A stretch of DNA of 64,000 nt from an uncultured bacterium (lineage in GTDB: Bacteria > Eisenbacteria > RBG-16-71-46): positions 6,639 to 70,638 of the forward strand of contig CAZPVG010000008.1 of the NCBI GenBank assembly GCA_964589945.1. The letters are read 5' to 3'. Below the pieces are notes generated by a model, which searched no databases, was not told the DNA's origin, and saw only the letters and a list, made by a program, of their open reading frames with translations. Position numbers and translations under genes: made by a program. Below, one piece after another: positions 19,925 through 28,043 of the stretch; positions within the stretch are counted from its first letter, which is position 1, and each line of letters begins with the position of its first letter.

Positions 19925-20485
19925 CTAGCGCCCCCGAGCGTAGGCCGTCGTGATGAACGCGGCGTCCTCGCCCCCGAGCTTCTCCAGCATCCGCCGGAGC
20001 CCGGGAGTCGGCTCCGTGAGCACGAGCTCCCCGCCGGGCTTCTCGAAGCGCACCTTGATCCGGTGACGCTTCGCGGCCGACTCCACCCAGGCGTCGTCGA
20101 GCAGCCCGAGCTTCAACGTGTCGGCCTCGAGCTGCACGCGGGCGAAGAGGTGCATGGGAAGCAGGAGCGGGCGCGCGTCGCCGCCGGGCATCGACTCCGG
20201 ATCGACGTGCAGGTCCGCGAAGAGCCGTTCCCCGAGCCGGAAGAACGTGACGTCGATGCGCATGTCCGGAAGGTCGGTGCGCGGCATGGCCAGCGCGTAG
20301 GCTCCGGTGCTGTCGCGTTCGAACTGCAGCGCGCCGCTCGGGTCCCCGGGGTCCCACCACTCGCCCTCGATGCCCGCCACTTCGACGCCGCGCCCCTCGG
20401 CGGCGGGGTAGAGGCTGGGGACGGGAATGCAGCCCGCGACGAGGACGCCGGCGAGCGCCACGAGGCCCAGCGCTGGGAATCGCAT
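19925..20485 (-). CDS. Hypothetical lipoprotein
   Basis: The signal peptide with lipobox is MRFPALGLVALAGVLVAGC. The composition is non-shadow (Phe, Lys, Asp, Met present). I recognise no family. Confidence 0.6.
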   Translation of the reverse strand: MRFPALGLVALAGVLVAGCIPVPSLYPAAEGRGVEVAGIEGEWWDPGDPSGALQFERDSTGAYALAMPRTDLPDMRIDVTFFRLGERLFADLHVDPESMPGGDARPLLLPMHLFARVQLEADTLKLGLLDDAWVESAAKRHRIKVRFEKPGGELVLTEPTPGLRRMLEKLGGEDAAFITTAYARGR

Positions 20486-20594
20486 TACGGCCCTCCTTTC
20501 GTCCGGGGAGCTCCGGGCGCGGCACGCCGCGCGCCCGCGAGGCTACACCCTCGCCGCGGCGGGCGCAGCGGGCCGGACGGACCCTCGCCGTGGC

Positions 20595-22715
20595 TCAGAC
20601 GCTCCAGTGCTCGGCCTCCCAGTCGGCGCCCGGCACGACCACGCGCAGGGGCTGCCCGGGCGGGAGCGTCTCGAGGCGCTCGGCGCCGCGGCCGAGGTGG
20701 AGCAGCAGCTCGAGCGTCCCGCCGGGCGGGACGCCCAGTGCCTCGAACGGCAGCGCGATCTCGAGCACGTCCTCCACCGCGGCTTCGCCCACCGGCTCGA
20801 CGGCACCCTCCCGCCCGCGTTCGACCGCCCTCCGGCCCGGCGCGAGGAGCCCCACCCGCAGCCGGCCCGGCGCGGGCGAGAGCAGCTCGAGCTCGACGGC
20901 CACGTCGTCCTGCGGCGCCTCCCCCCCGGCGAACTCCACGAGGAGGAAGAGGTGCGTCGTGTCGAAGCCGTACTGGAGCCCGGACACCAGCGTCGCGCTC
21001 GCGCGGTGCATCGAGCCGCCCGCCGGGAACTCCCACGTGCCGGCGCCGTCCCACTCGTAGTAGCGCGTGCGGCGGCCGTCGATGACCGGGTGGATGAGCC
21101 CGGCGGGTTCCGCGTGCACCGCGGCCGACGCGGGACGGACGATGGGTGCGAGGACCGCGTTCGGGACGGGCAGTCCCGCCCTCTCGTAAATCGCCTGAAG
21201 ATGGGACCGGAAGAGGCTGTCGAACAACGTCTTGTCGGCCGTGAAGTGGTCGTCCCCGAACCACCAGAACCAGTCCGACCCTTCCGCCGCCGCGAGCGAT
21301 TCCCACGCCTCCGGACGGCCCTCGCGGGTGTGGCCGGCTTCGACGAGGGCCGCCCGTGCGCGGGCGAGCAGATCCCAGGCGCGATTCTTCTCGGGGTGGC
21401 CGGCCCAGACGTGGAGGTCCGCGTCGATCCACGAGCCGGTGTGGAGGAAATCGAGGACACCGGGCTCCGGGCCGTCGGCGAGGACTTCGGAGGGCGTGCG
21501 CGTCCGGACGTCCGGGGCGGACTCCAGCGCCCCGTAGAGCGCGTCGAGGAACGGACCCCCGTCCCCGGGGTAGTGCTCCCAGCAGTTCTCGCCGTCGAGG
21601 ATCACGGAGACGACCGGGCGCCCGCGCAGCCCGGCGGCCGCATGTTCGGCGCCGATGCGCCGCAGTTGCCGCAGGAAGTCGGCGGCCGCGTCGGCCGCCT
21701 TCCAGCCCGCGTAGACGAACCCGATCCGGTCCGAGAGGTCGTGGTCGCGGAAGAAGATCGCGATCTCCCCCGCCTCCGTGCGGAAGGTCCACGGCCGGTA
21801 GAGCCCCTCCCGTCTCGCCCCCGCCGGTCCGACCGACTTCCACAGAACGAGCTCGTCGGTGGCGATCCACCGCACGCCGGCCGCCGCGAGGACTGCGGCC
21901 GCCTCCGGGCTCACGCTGCCCTCCGAGGGCCACATGCCGGCCGGCCGCACGCCGAAGGCGGAGGCGGTGCGCTCGAGCCCGCGCTCGACCTGCCAGCGGG
22001 CGTCCTCGGGCGAGGCGAGCTCGGCCGCGGGCACCGGCAGGTCGGGACGCGAGCGCCGTCCGGCGCGCACGTCCACGAGCAGCGGCAGGATCGGATGGTA
22101 GGCGGGCGAGCAGCTGATCTCGGCCTGACCGCGAGCCGCCAGTCGCCGGTAGGCCGGAACGACCCTCCCGAGCACGTCGGCGTGCAGCGCGAGGAGCGCG
22201 TCGCGGTCCGACAGTCCGGCCCGCCTCTCCGTTACGGCCGCCTCCGCGGCGGCCGCCGCCGGCTCGGAGAGCAGCAGCGGGTCGAGCCAGGCGAGCAGGA
22301 AATACACCGACAGCCGCATCAGCTCCGCGTCGGTCGCGACAGCCGGGGCGCGCAGGCGGCGGCAGAGGGCCTCGTAGCCCGGCCAGCGCGCGAACGCCCA
22401 GCGGGGCGCGGTCCGCATCCGGGCCTGGAGCTCCGCGCGTTCCCCTGCGCCGAGGGCCTTGGGCGGCCGGGCGAGCAGGTCGAACAGCAGGTCGCCGCCG
22501 CCGTTGCGGGCGTGGTCGAGCTGCTCGAGCAACGAAGGCACGAAGTTGAACGTCGCCTTCAGGCCCGCGTGGCGCTCGAGGCGGAGCGCCATGTCGAGGT
22601 AGTCCTTCGTGGCGTGCAGCCTCACCCACGGCAGGACCGAGCGCCCGTCGCGCGGATGGCGGTAGTCGGGCTGGTGATGGTGCCAGAGGAAGACGAGGTC
22701 GACGCCGGGGGACAT
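20595..22715 (-). CDS. Glycoside hydrolase family 57 protein (alpha-amylase / amylopullulanase-like)
   Basis: GH57 signature regions are present: LVFLWHHHQPDYR, HATKDYLDM, WPSEGSVSPE (nucleophile Glu context), ILDGENCWEHY and GSDWFWWFGDDH. A C-terminal beta-rich extension follows. Confidence 0.88.
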   Translation of the reverse strand: MSPGVDLVFLWHHHQPDYRHPRDGRSVLPWVRLHATKDYLDMALRLERHAGLKATFNFVPSLLEQLDHARNGGGDLLFDLLARPPKALGAGERAELQARMRTAPRWAFARWPGYEALCRRLRAPAVATDAELMRLSVYFLLAWLDPLLLSEPAAAAAEAAVTERRAGLSDRDALLALHADVLGRVVPAYRRLAARGQAEISCSPAYHPILPLLVDVRAGRRSRPDLPVPAAELASPEDARWQVERGLERTASAFGVRPAGMWPSEGSVSPEAAAVLAAAGVRWIATDELVLWKSVGPAGARREGLYRPWTFRTEAGEIAIFFRDHDLSDRIGFVYAGWKAADAAADFLRQLRRIGAEHAAAGLRGRPVVSVILDGENCWEHYPGDGGPFLDALYGALESAPDVRTRTPSEVLADGPEPGVLDFLHTGSWIDADLHVWAGHPEKNRAWDLLARARAALVEAGHTREGRPEAWESLAAAEGSDWFWWFGDDHFTADKTLFDSLFRSHLQAIYERAGLPVPNAVLAPIVRPASAAVHAEPAGLIHPVIDGRRTRYYEWDGAGTWEFPAGGSMHRASATLVSGLQYGFDTTHLFLLVEFAGGEAPQDDVAVELELLSPAPGRLRVGLLAPGRRAVERGREGAVEPVGEAAVEDVLEIALPFEALGVPPGGTLELLLHLGRGAERLETLPPGQPLRVVVPGADWEAEHWSV

Positions 22716-22746
22716 GGGCCATCCAGGCGCGGCCCGGGGCCGCGGG

Positions 22747-23418
22747 TCAGCTGTGCGTGAGGCCCTCGAGCTCGGCGAGGCGGACGCGCGCGAGGCTCGC
22801 GGAGCTGGTCTCGCCGAACTCGTCCACCAGGCGCTTCAACTGCTCGATCGCCGCGGTCTTGTTGCCGAGCGCCTCCTGGCAGCGGGCCGCACCGGCGAGG
22901 AATTCCGCGCTCGACTCGCGATCGAAGACCCCGACGAGGCCGTCGTAGAGCTTCGAGGCCTCGGCGTACTGCTTGTCGTTTTCGAGCGCGTAGGCGAGGT
23001 TGCGGCGCACGACGTTGCCCATCAGGCCCGAGTCGTGCTTGGCGAGGTACGCCCGGTACGACGTGACGGCGGCCTTGAAATCGCCGTTCCAGTAGTCCGC
23101 GTCGCCGGCGATCCGCAGCGCGTCGAGGCCGCTCGGGGTGCTGCCGTACTGCTTGGCCACCTCGTCGGCGATCGTCTTCGAGCGCTCGTAGTCGCCCTGC
23201 CAGAAGAGCGTGTTGGCCTGGGCGAGCTTGGTGGAGGCCGCGGTCTCCTGCGTCTCGTTCGAGCGGATCGTGAAGTACGCGACCGCGGCGACCACGATCA
23301 GGGCCGCGAGGGCGCCGAGGATGATGCGGGCGTACCGCTCCCAGAGAGCGGTCACCCGGTCGACGAGTTCCGCGCCCGGATCCGAGAGCGCGGTACCCTT
23401 GCGAGACTCCAGCGACAA
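22747..23418 (-). CDS. Membrane-anchored TPR protein (YfgM-like)
   Basis: TTG start with GGAGG 6 nt upstream. It has one N-terminal TM helix (ILGALAALIVVAAVAYF) followed by TPR-like helical repeats, the same architecture as YfgM/UPF0070. Confidence 0.65.
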   Translation of the reverse strand: MSLESRKGTALSDPGAELVDRVTALWERYARIILGALAALIVVAAVAYFTIRSNETQETAASTKLAQANTLFWQGDYERSKTIADEVAKQYGSTPSGLDALRIAGDADYWNGDFKAAVTSYRAYLAKHDSGLMGNVVRRNLAYALENDKQYAEASKLYDGLVGVFDRESSAEFLAGAARCQEALGNKTAAIEQLKRLVDEFGETSSASLARVRLAELEGLTHS

Positions 23419-23530
23419 GCGAAACCTCCGGAGAACAAAGGCGAAGAGACGGGGCTTCCCAAGGCGAGAAACGGCAAGGACTTTAACGGGCGGCCCGCCC
23501 GGGGGTCAAGGCACCCGGGCGCGGCGCACC

Positions 23531-24661
23531 TCAGGCCCCGCCGGCGCACATGACGCAGGCGACGTGGCCGCGCGCGCGCACCAGGATCTCCGCCGGCCGG
23601 CCGCAGGTCGGGCAGGCCGGAAGCGCCGGCCGGCCGCGCGCCACGTCCACGAGCGAGCGGACCTTGACGTGCATGGCGCCCGACTTGAGCTCCTGCTCGA
23701 GGTCGGCCACGGGCCACGACCACTCCTCGAGGCCCCACAGCCGGACCTCGGTGCGCATCTCCCAGCGCTGCCGCACCTCGGCGGCGCGCCGCTCCCATTC
23801 GAGCTTGAGGGACGTCGAGTCGCCGGTGTCCATCTCGCGGTCCTCGCCGCCGGTGCGGCGGCGCAGGCGGTCTTCCTCCTCCTCGATCCGGGCCGAGAAG
23901 AACGCCCCCAGCCGGTCCAGCTCGAGGTCCCGCAGCCGGCCGACCGAGACCGCCCATTCCTGCTCGCGCTCGGAGGCGAGTTCCTCGAGCGTCTGCCGGG
24001 CGAGCTGCAGCCAGCGCTCGCGCACCTCGGGCTCGAGTTCCTCGCCCATCTGGTAGAGCCCCTCGCGCGGCCGCACGTCGGGAACCTGCGGCGCCTGGGC
24101 GCGCTCGAGCACCTCGCCGCCCGCGCCCACGAGCACGACCCACTGCTCCTGCCATGGCAGGCCGCCCCAGCGGGTGATGACCGCGTGGAAGGCCATGCGC
24201 CGCTCGTACCGCACCGGACCCAGCCGCGGCGTGCCCCACGTGAGGCCGCGCACCTTGCAGACCGTGGCGAAGCCGGCCGGCGGCGCCCCCGGCACGTGCG
24301 CCAGCGCCGTCCGGCGCGTGAACATCGGGGCGGCCAGCGCAGCCTCGAGAATCCGGCGCCCGGCCGCGCTGCCCGGCGCCGTGAACCACGCCCCGCGCGG
24401 GACGGTCGGGCGCGCCGGGTCGAACACGAGGCGCACCCGCTGGCGCCGCCAGCGCTTCTGCAGCGGCGTCGAGAGCTCCACCTCCCAGTCGCCCCGGGGC
24501 GCGTCCTCGACGCGGCAGCCCGCGCGCTCGAGCCAGCTGCCGACGAAGCGCCGCCATTCGGGCTGCTCGGCGGCGGTCTCGCCGTGCGGGATCTCGGGCG
24601 CCGGCGCACGGGATCTCGCGCGCGCCGGGGCGCGCCGCCGTCTCGCACGCACGGCCGTCAC
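23531..24661 (-). CDS. Uncharacterised protein with C-terminal Zn-ribbon, translationally coupled to the SNF2 ATPase (possibly YqhG-like)
   Basis: This is the 3' third of track ORF 23531..26488. The GTG at 24661 overlaps the SNF2 TGA (GTGA). The composition is real-protein-like (Trp, Glu, Lys, Met), with an acidic coiled-coil-like centre (ARIEEEEDRLRRR...LKLEWERRAAEVRQRWE). The terminal motif is CPTCGRPAEILVRARGHVACVMCAGG (CPxC-N14-CxxC). Confidence 0.65.
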   Translation of the reverse strand: MTAVRARRRRAPARARSRAPAPEIPHGETAAEQPEWRRFVGSWLERAGCRVEDAPRGDWEVELSTPLQKRWRRQRVRLVFDPARPTVPRGAWFTAPGSAAGRRILEAALAAPMFTRRTALAHVPGAPPAGFATVCKVRGLTWGTPRLGPVRYERRMAFHAVITRWGGLPWQEQWVVLVGAGGEVLERAQAPQVPDVRPREGLYQMGEELEPEVRERWLQLARQTLEELASEREQEWAVSVGRLRDLELDRLGAFFSARIEEEEDRLRRRTGGEDREMDTGDSTSLKLEWERRAAEVRQRWEMRTEVRLWGLEEWSWPVADLEQELKSGAMHVKVRSLVDVARGRPALPACPTCGRPAEILVRARGHVACVMCAGGA

Positions 24662-26640
24662 GAGGAGCCCTCCTCCTCGGCGTCCTGCGGGCCGCGGAAC
24701 AGCCAGCTCTGGCTGTCGCGCTGCTGCTGGTAGAGCTTGCGCGCGGTGACGAGGTGCTGCGCGAGTTCGGTGAACCGCTTCTTGCGCACGCGCGGGTTGC
24801 GCGACTCCGTCCAGCGGCGGAAGACTTCCTCCTCGAACGATCCCTGCATCTGCCAGGTGCCGAGGATCTCCTCCATCTCGCCCACCACGAGCTCGAACAT
24901 GCGGATCTTCCGCTCGAGGATCTCGAGCACGTAGGCCTCGATCGTGCCCCGTGCGACGAGGTTCACGACCCGCACCGGGTGCTCCTGCCCGAGCCGGTGG
25001 ACGCGGCCGATGCGCTGCTCGACGCGCATCGGGTTCCAGGGCAGGTCGTAGTTGATCACGATGCGCGCGAACTGCAGGTTCCGGCCCTCGCCGCCGGCCT
25101 CCGTGCTGACGAGCACCTGGTCGCGCAGGCGGAACTGCTCGAGGGCCTCCTCCTTCTCGCGCCAGCCCATCTCGCCGTGGAACATCGCGTGCGTCACGCC
25201 CTCGGCGCGCAGCGCCTCCAGGATCGAGTCCTGCGTCGCCCGGAACTGGGTGAACACGATCGCCTTCTCGCCCCTGAGCGAGGCGATCACGCGCAGCAGC
25301 GTGCGGATCTTCCCCGGATCCTCGCGCAGCTCCGCGGCCCGATCGGCGAACGCCCGCACCCGCTTCGGATCGAGTCCGTCGGGGTGCGACGCGAGCTTGC
25401 GCAGCGTGCCGACAGCCGCCGCCCACGAGGAGCCCATTTCCTTCTGCAGGACCATGAGCGTGAAATAGTGCGGCTTGCCGGGCTGCCCGGCGTCGCCGTG
25501 CACGGCCTCGGCCACGAACTCGCTCACCTGGCGGTAGAGCTGCTTCTCGGCCGCGGACTGCTTGATCGCCACGGTCTCGACGCGCCGCGGCGCGAACGTG
25601 AGCTTCGTGTCGGCGCGGCGGCTGCGGATCATGACGCTCTGGAGCAGCCGGCGGAGCCGCGGCGTGTTGCGCGGCGTCCGCTTGTCGTGCGCGGAGAGGA
25701 AGTCGCGCCGGAACTGCGAGAACGTGCCGACGGTGCCCGGGCGGACGAGCGTGACGAGGTTGTAGAGCTCGCGCAGGTCGTTCTGGACCGGCGTCGCGGT
25801 GAGCAGCAGCAGGTAGCGCGGATTCAGGTCGTTGATGAACTTCCAGCCGAGCGTGAGGTGGTTGCGCAGGCGGTGCGCCTCGTCCACGACGACCATGTCG
25901 TAGTTCGCCCCGCGCACGCGACGCCGGTGGCGCTCGTGGCGCGCCGTCTCGAGCGACGAGATGACGAGCGGGTGGCGTCCCCACAGGCCGGCGGGCCCGC
26001 GCGAGACGACGAAGTCGAGTTCGAACTTCTCCCACAGCTCGGCGCGCCACTGCTCGCAGAGGGAGGCGGGAACGAGCACGAGCACCGTGCGCACCGCGCC
26101 GCGGAGCAGGTACTCCTTCAGCACGATGCCGGCCTCGACGGTCTTCCCGAGCCCGACCTCGTCGGCGAAGATGCCCCGGCCCCCGAAGTCGCGGAGCATG
26201 CGCAGGCACGCATCCACCTGGTGCGGAAACCGCTCGACGCCGCGCAGCGAGTCGAGCGAGAGCAGCCGGTCGGCGCTCGCCCAGCCGGCCCATTCCTCCG
26301 CCGCGGCGCGCAGGTCGAAATGCAGCTGCGGCTCGGCCTCGTTCTCGAGCCAGCGGCGGAGCAGCTCGTCGCCCTGGGCGTGCCAGTGCCGCGCCGCGGC
26401 CGACGGGCGCGCCAGCGCCACCTCGACTCCGTCCGTCTCCCCGCCCTCGGGCACCGTCGTGGGCGCCGCGCCGTCCACGATCGCCCACTCGCGCTGCGCC
26501 GAGAGCCGCCGCAGCTGGCCGCCGAAGACGACCTCGAGCACCTCCCGTCCGCGGTCGGTGTGCACCTCGACGATCAGCCCTTCACCGAACTGGGGGTGAT
26601 GGAGGCGCTGTCCCACCTGGTAGCGATCGGTCAGGTCCAC
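24658..26640 (-). CDS. SNF2-family DNA-dependent ATPase (RapA/HepA-like) with N-terminal Tudor-like domain
   Basis: Helicase motifs are present: I ADEVGLGKTVEAG, II VVVDEAHRLRN, III LLLTATPVQN, V VSTEAGGEGRNLQ and VI WNPMRVEQRIGRVHRLGQ. The N-terminal ~50 aa (VGQRLHHPQFGEGLIVEV...LEVVFGGQLRRL) fit the PcrA/UvrD C-terminal Tudor pattern. The GTG start overlaps the upstream gene by 10 nt. Confidence 0.92.
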   Translation of the reverse strand: MDLTDRYQVGQRLHHPQFGEGLIVEVHTDRGREVLEVVFGGQLRRLSAQREWAIVDGAAPTTVPEGGETDGVEVALARPSAAARHWHAQGDELLRRWLENEAEPQLHFDLRAAAEEWAGWASADRLLSLDSLRGVERFPHQVDACLRMLRDFGGRGIFADEVGLGKTVEAGIVLKEYLLRGAVRTVLVLVPASLCEQWRAELWEKFELDFVVSRGPAGLWGRHPLVISSLETARHERHRRRVRGANYDMVVVDEAHRLRNHLTLGWKFINDLNPRYLLLLTATPVQNDLRELYNLVTLVRPGTVGTFSQFRRDFLSAHDKRTPRNTPRLRRLLQSVMIRSRRADTKLTFAPRRVETVAIKQSAAEKQLYRQVSEFVAEAVHGDAGQPGKPHYFTLMVLQKEMGSSWAAAVGTLRKLASHPDGLDPKRVRAFADRAAELREDPGKIRTLLRVIASLRGEKAIVFTQFRATQDSILEALRAEGVTHAMFHGEMGWREKEEALEQFRLRDQVLVSTEAGGEGRNLQFARIVINYDLPWNPMRVEQRIGRVHRLGQEHPVRVVNLVARGTIEAYVLEILERKIRMFELVVGEMEEILGTWQMQGSFEEEVFRRWTESRNPRVRKKRFTELAQHLVTARKLYQQQRDSQSWLFRGPQDAEEEGSS

Positions 26641-28040
26641 AGGTCGAACTCCTGTCCCTTCTCGGGCACGTGAACCGAGGCGGTCATGCGCTCGCGCAGC
26701 AGCCCCGCGAGCGTCTCGGCCGCCGGCGGCTCGCCGTGGACGAGGAAGATGGTGCGCGGCGCCGGATCGAGCGCGGCCACCCAGTCGAGCAACTCGCGCT
26801 GGTCGGCGTGCGCGCTGAAGCCGTCGAGCGACGCGATCTCGGCGCGCACCCGCACGGGCTCCCCGAACACGTTCACGGTCTCGGCGCCCTCCTCCAGGCG
26901 GCGCCCCAGGGTGCCGTCACCCTGGTAGCCCACGAACAGCACGGTGTTCCGCTCGTTGCCGAGGGCGTGCTGCAGGTGGTGGAGCACTCGGCCGCCCTCG
27001 GCCATTCCGGAGGCCGAGATGATGATGCACGGGTCGCGGCGGTCGTTGAGCGCCTTCGACTCGTCGGCCGACCCGACGTAGCGCAGCCGTCCGAAGCCGA
27101 AGGGCGCCCCGCCCCCCTGCGAGAACAGCGCGGCCGTCTCGGCGTCGAAGCACTCCGGGTGGCGCACGAAGATCGCGGTGGCGTTCCGTGCCATCGGGCT
27201 GTCCACGAAGATCGGCAGGTCCGGCAGCCGCCCGCCTTCGATGAGATCGTGGAGCGTCGCGACGAGCTCCTGCGTGCGGCCCACGGCGAAAGCCGGCACG
27301 ACGAGCCGCCCCCCGCGCCCGACCGTGCGGGTGACGATGTCCACGAGGCCCTCGATCGTCTCGCTCTCGTCGGCGTGCAGCCGGTTGCCGTACGTGCTCT
27401 CGAGCACGAGCGTGTCGGCCCCGCGCGGCACCTCGGGGTCGCGCAGGATCGGGCGCTCCGGCCGGCCGAGGTCACCGCCCATCAGCAGCCGGTGCGTCCG
27501 GCCGTTCGCCGTGAATTCGAAGCTCGTCAGCGCCGAGCCCAGGATGTGGCCGGCGTCGTGGTAGCGGACGCGGATGCCCGGGAACAGCGTCCAGTCCTCG
27601 TGGTAGCGGTGCGTCTCGAAGCGACCGGTCACCGCGTCGACGTCGGACATCGTGTAGAGGGGCTTGCGGGGAGCGCGGCCGCCCCCGTATCGCCGGTTGA
27701 CGTGCTCGACGTCCTTCTGCTGCAGGAACGCGCTGTCGGCCAGCATCACGCGCGAAAGGTCGGCCGTGGCCGGCGTCAGGTGCACCGGGCCCCGGAATCC
27801 CTGCGCCGAGAGCGTCGGCAGGTTTCCGGTGTGGTCGAGATGGGCGTGGGAGATTACGACGGCGTCGAGCTCCCCGGGTGGGAAGCGGAACGTCCGGTTC
27901 ACGCGCTCGGCCTCGTCCCGGTGCCCCTGGTAGAGCCCGCAGTCGAAGAGGAACGAGCGGCGGCCGAAGCGCAGCAGGTGCCGCGATCCGGTCACCGTCC
28001 GGGCCGCCCCGTGGAACGCGATGCCGAGCGAAGTCGTCAT
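26631..28040 (-). CDS. MBL-fold beta-CASP nuclease (CPSF73/Ysh1-type, RNA-metabolising)
   Basis: HxHxDH motif VVISHAHLDHTGN, HDAGHILGS and the beta-CASP motif A LESTYG are present. The C-terminal RMMBL-type motif is LDGFSAHADQRELLDWV, with His at motif C. Length is 469 aa. Confidence 0.9.
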   Translation of the reverse strand: MTTSLGIAFHGAARTVTGSRHLLRFGRRSFLFDCGLYQGHRDEAERVNRTFRFPPGELDAVVISHAHLDHTGNLPTLSAQGFRGPVHLTPATADLSRVMLADSAFLQQKDVEHVNRRYGGGRAPRKPLYTMSDVDAVTGRFETHRYHEDWTLFPGIRVRYHDAGHILGSALTSFEFTANGRTHRLLMGGDLGRPERPILRDPEVPRGADTLVLESTYGNRLHADESETIEGLVDIVTRTVGRGGRLVVPAFAVGRTQELVATLHDLIEGGRLPDLPIFVDSPMARNATAIFVRHPECFDAETAALFSQGGGAPFGFGRLRYVGSADESKALNDRRDPCIIISASGMAEGGRVLHHLQHALGNERNTVLFVGYQGDGTLGRRLEEGAETVNVFGEPVRVRAEIASLDGFSAHADQRELLDWVAALDPAPRTIFLVHGEPPAAETLAGLLRERMTASVHVPEKGQEFDLWT

Positions 28041-28043
28041 GGG

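Noticed and set aside
15186-20525. 1779-aa minus-strand ORF spanning the RND pump, the aldehyde dehydrogenase and the lipoprotein gene
   Set aside because: The translation is dominated by Arg, Ala, Gly, Pro, Asp and Glu with no recognisable motifs. It lies antisense to an unmistakable AcrB-family pump and a GabD-like dehydrogenase. It is a typical high-GC shadow frame.
24662-26488. Upstream two thirds of the 985-aa ORF 23531..26488
   Set aside because: This part is out of frame with the SNF2 gene that carries all helicase motifs, and it is Arg/Gly/Ala-rich. Only the 3' 376 codons, after the GTG at 24661, have protein-like composition.
24658-26640. SNF2 gene as part of a known defence system (DISARM, Zorya type I or BREX-associated)
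   Set aside because: The neighbourhood has no methyltransferase, DUF1998, PLD nuclease, ZorA/ZorB-like or PglZ/BrxC-like genes. The flanks are core genes. The novel-module interpretation is kept as a finding instead.
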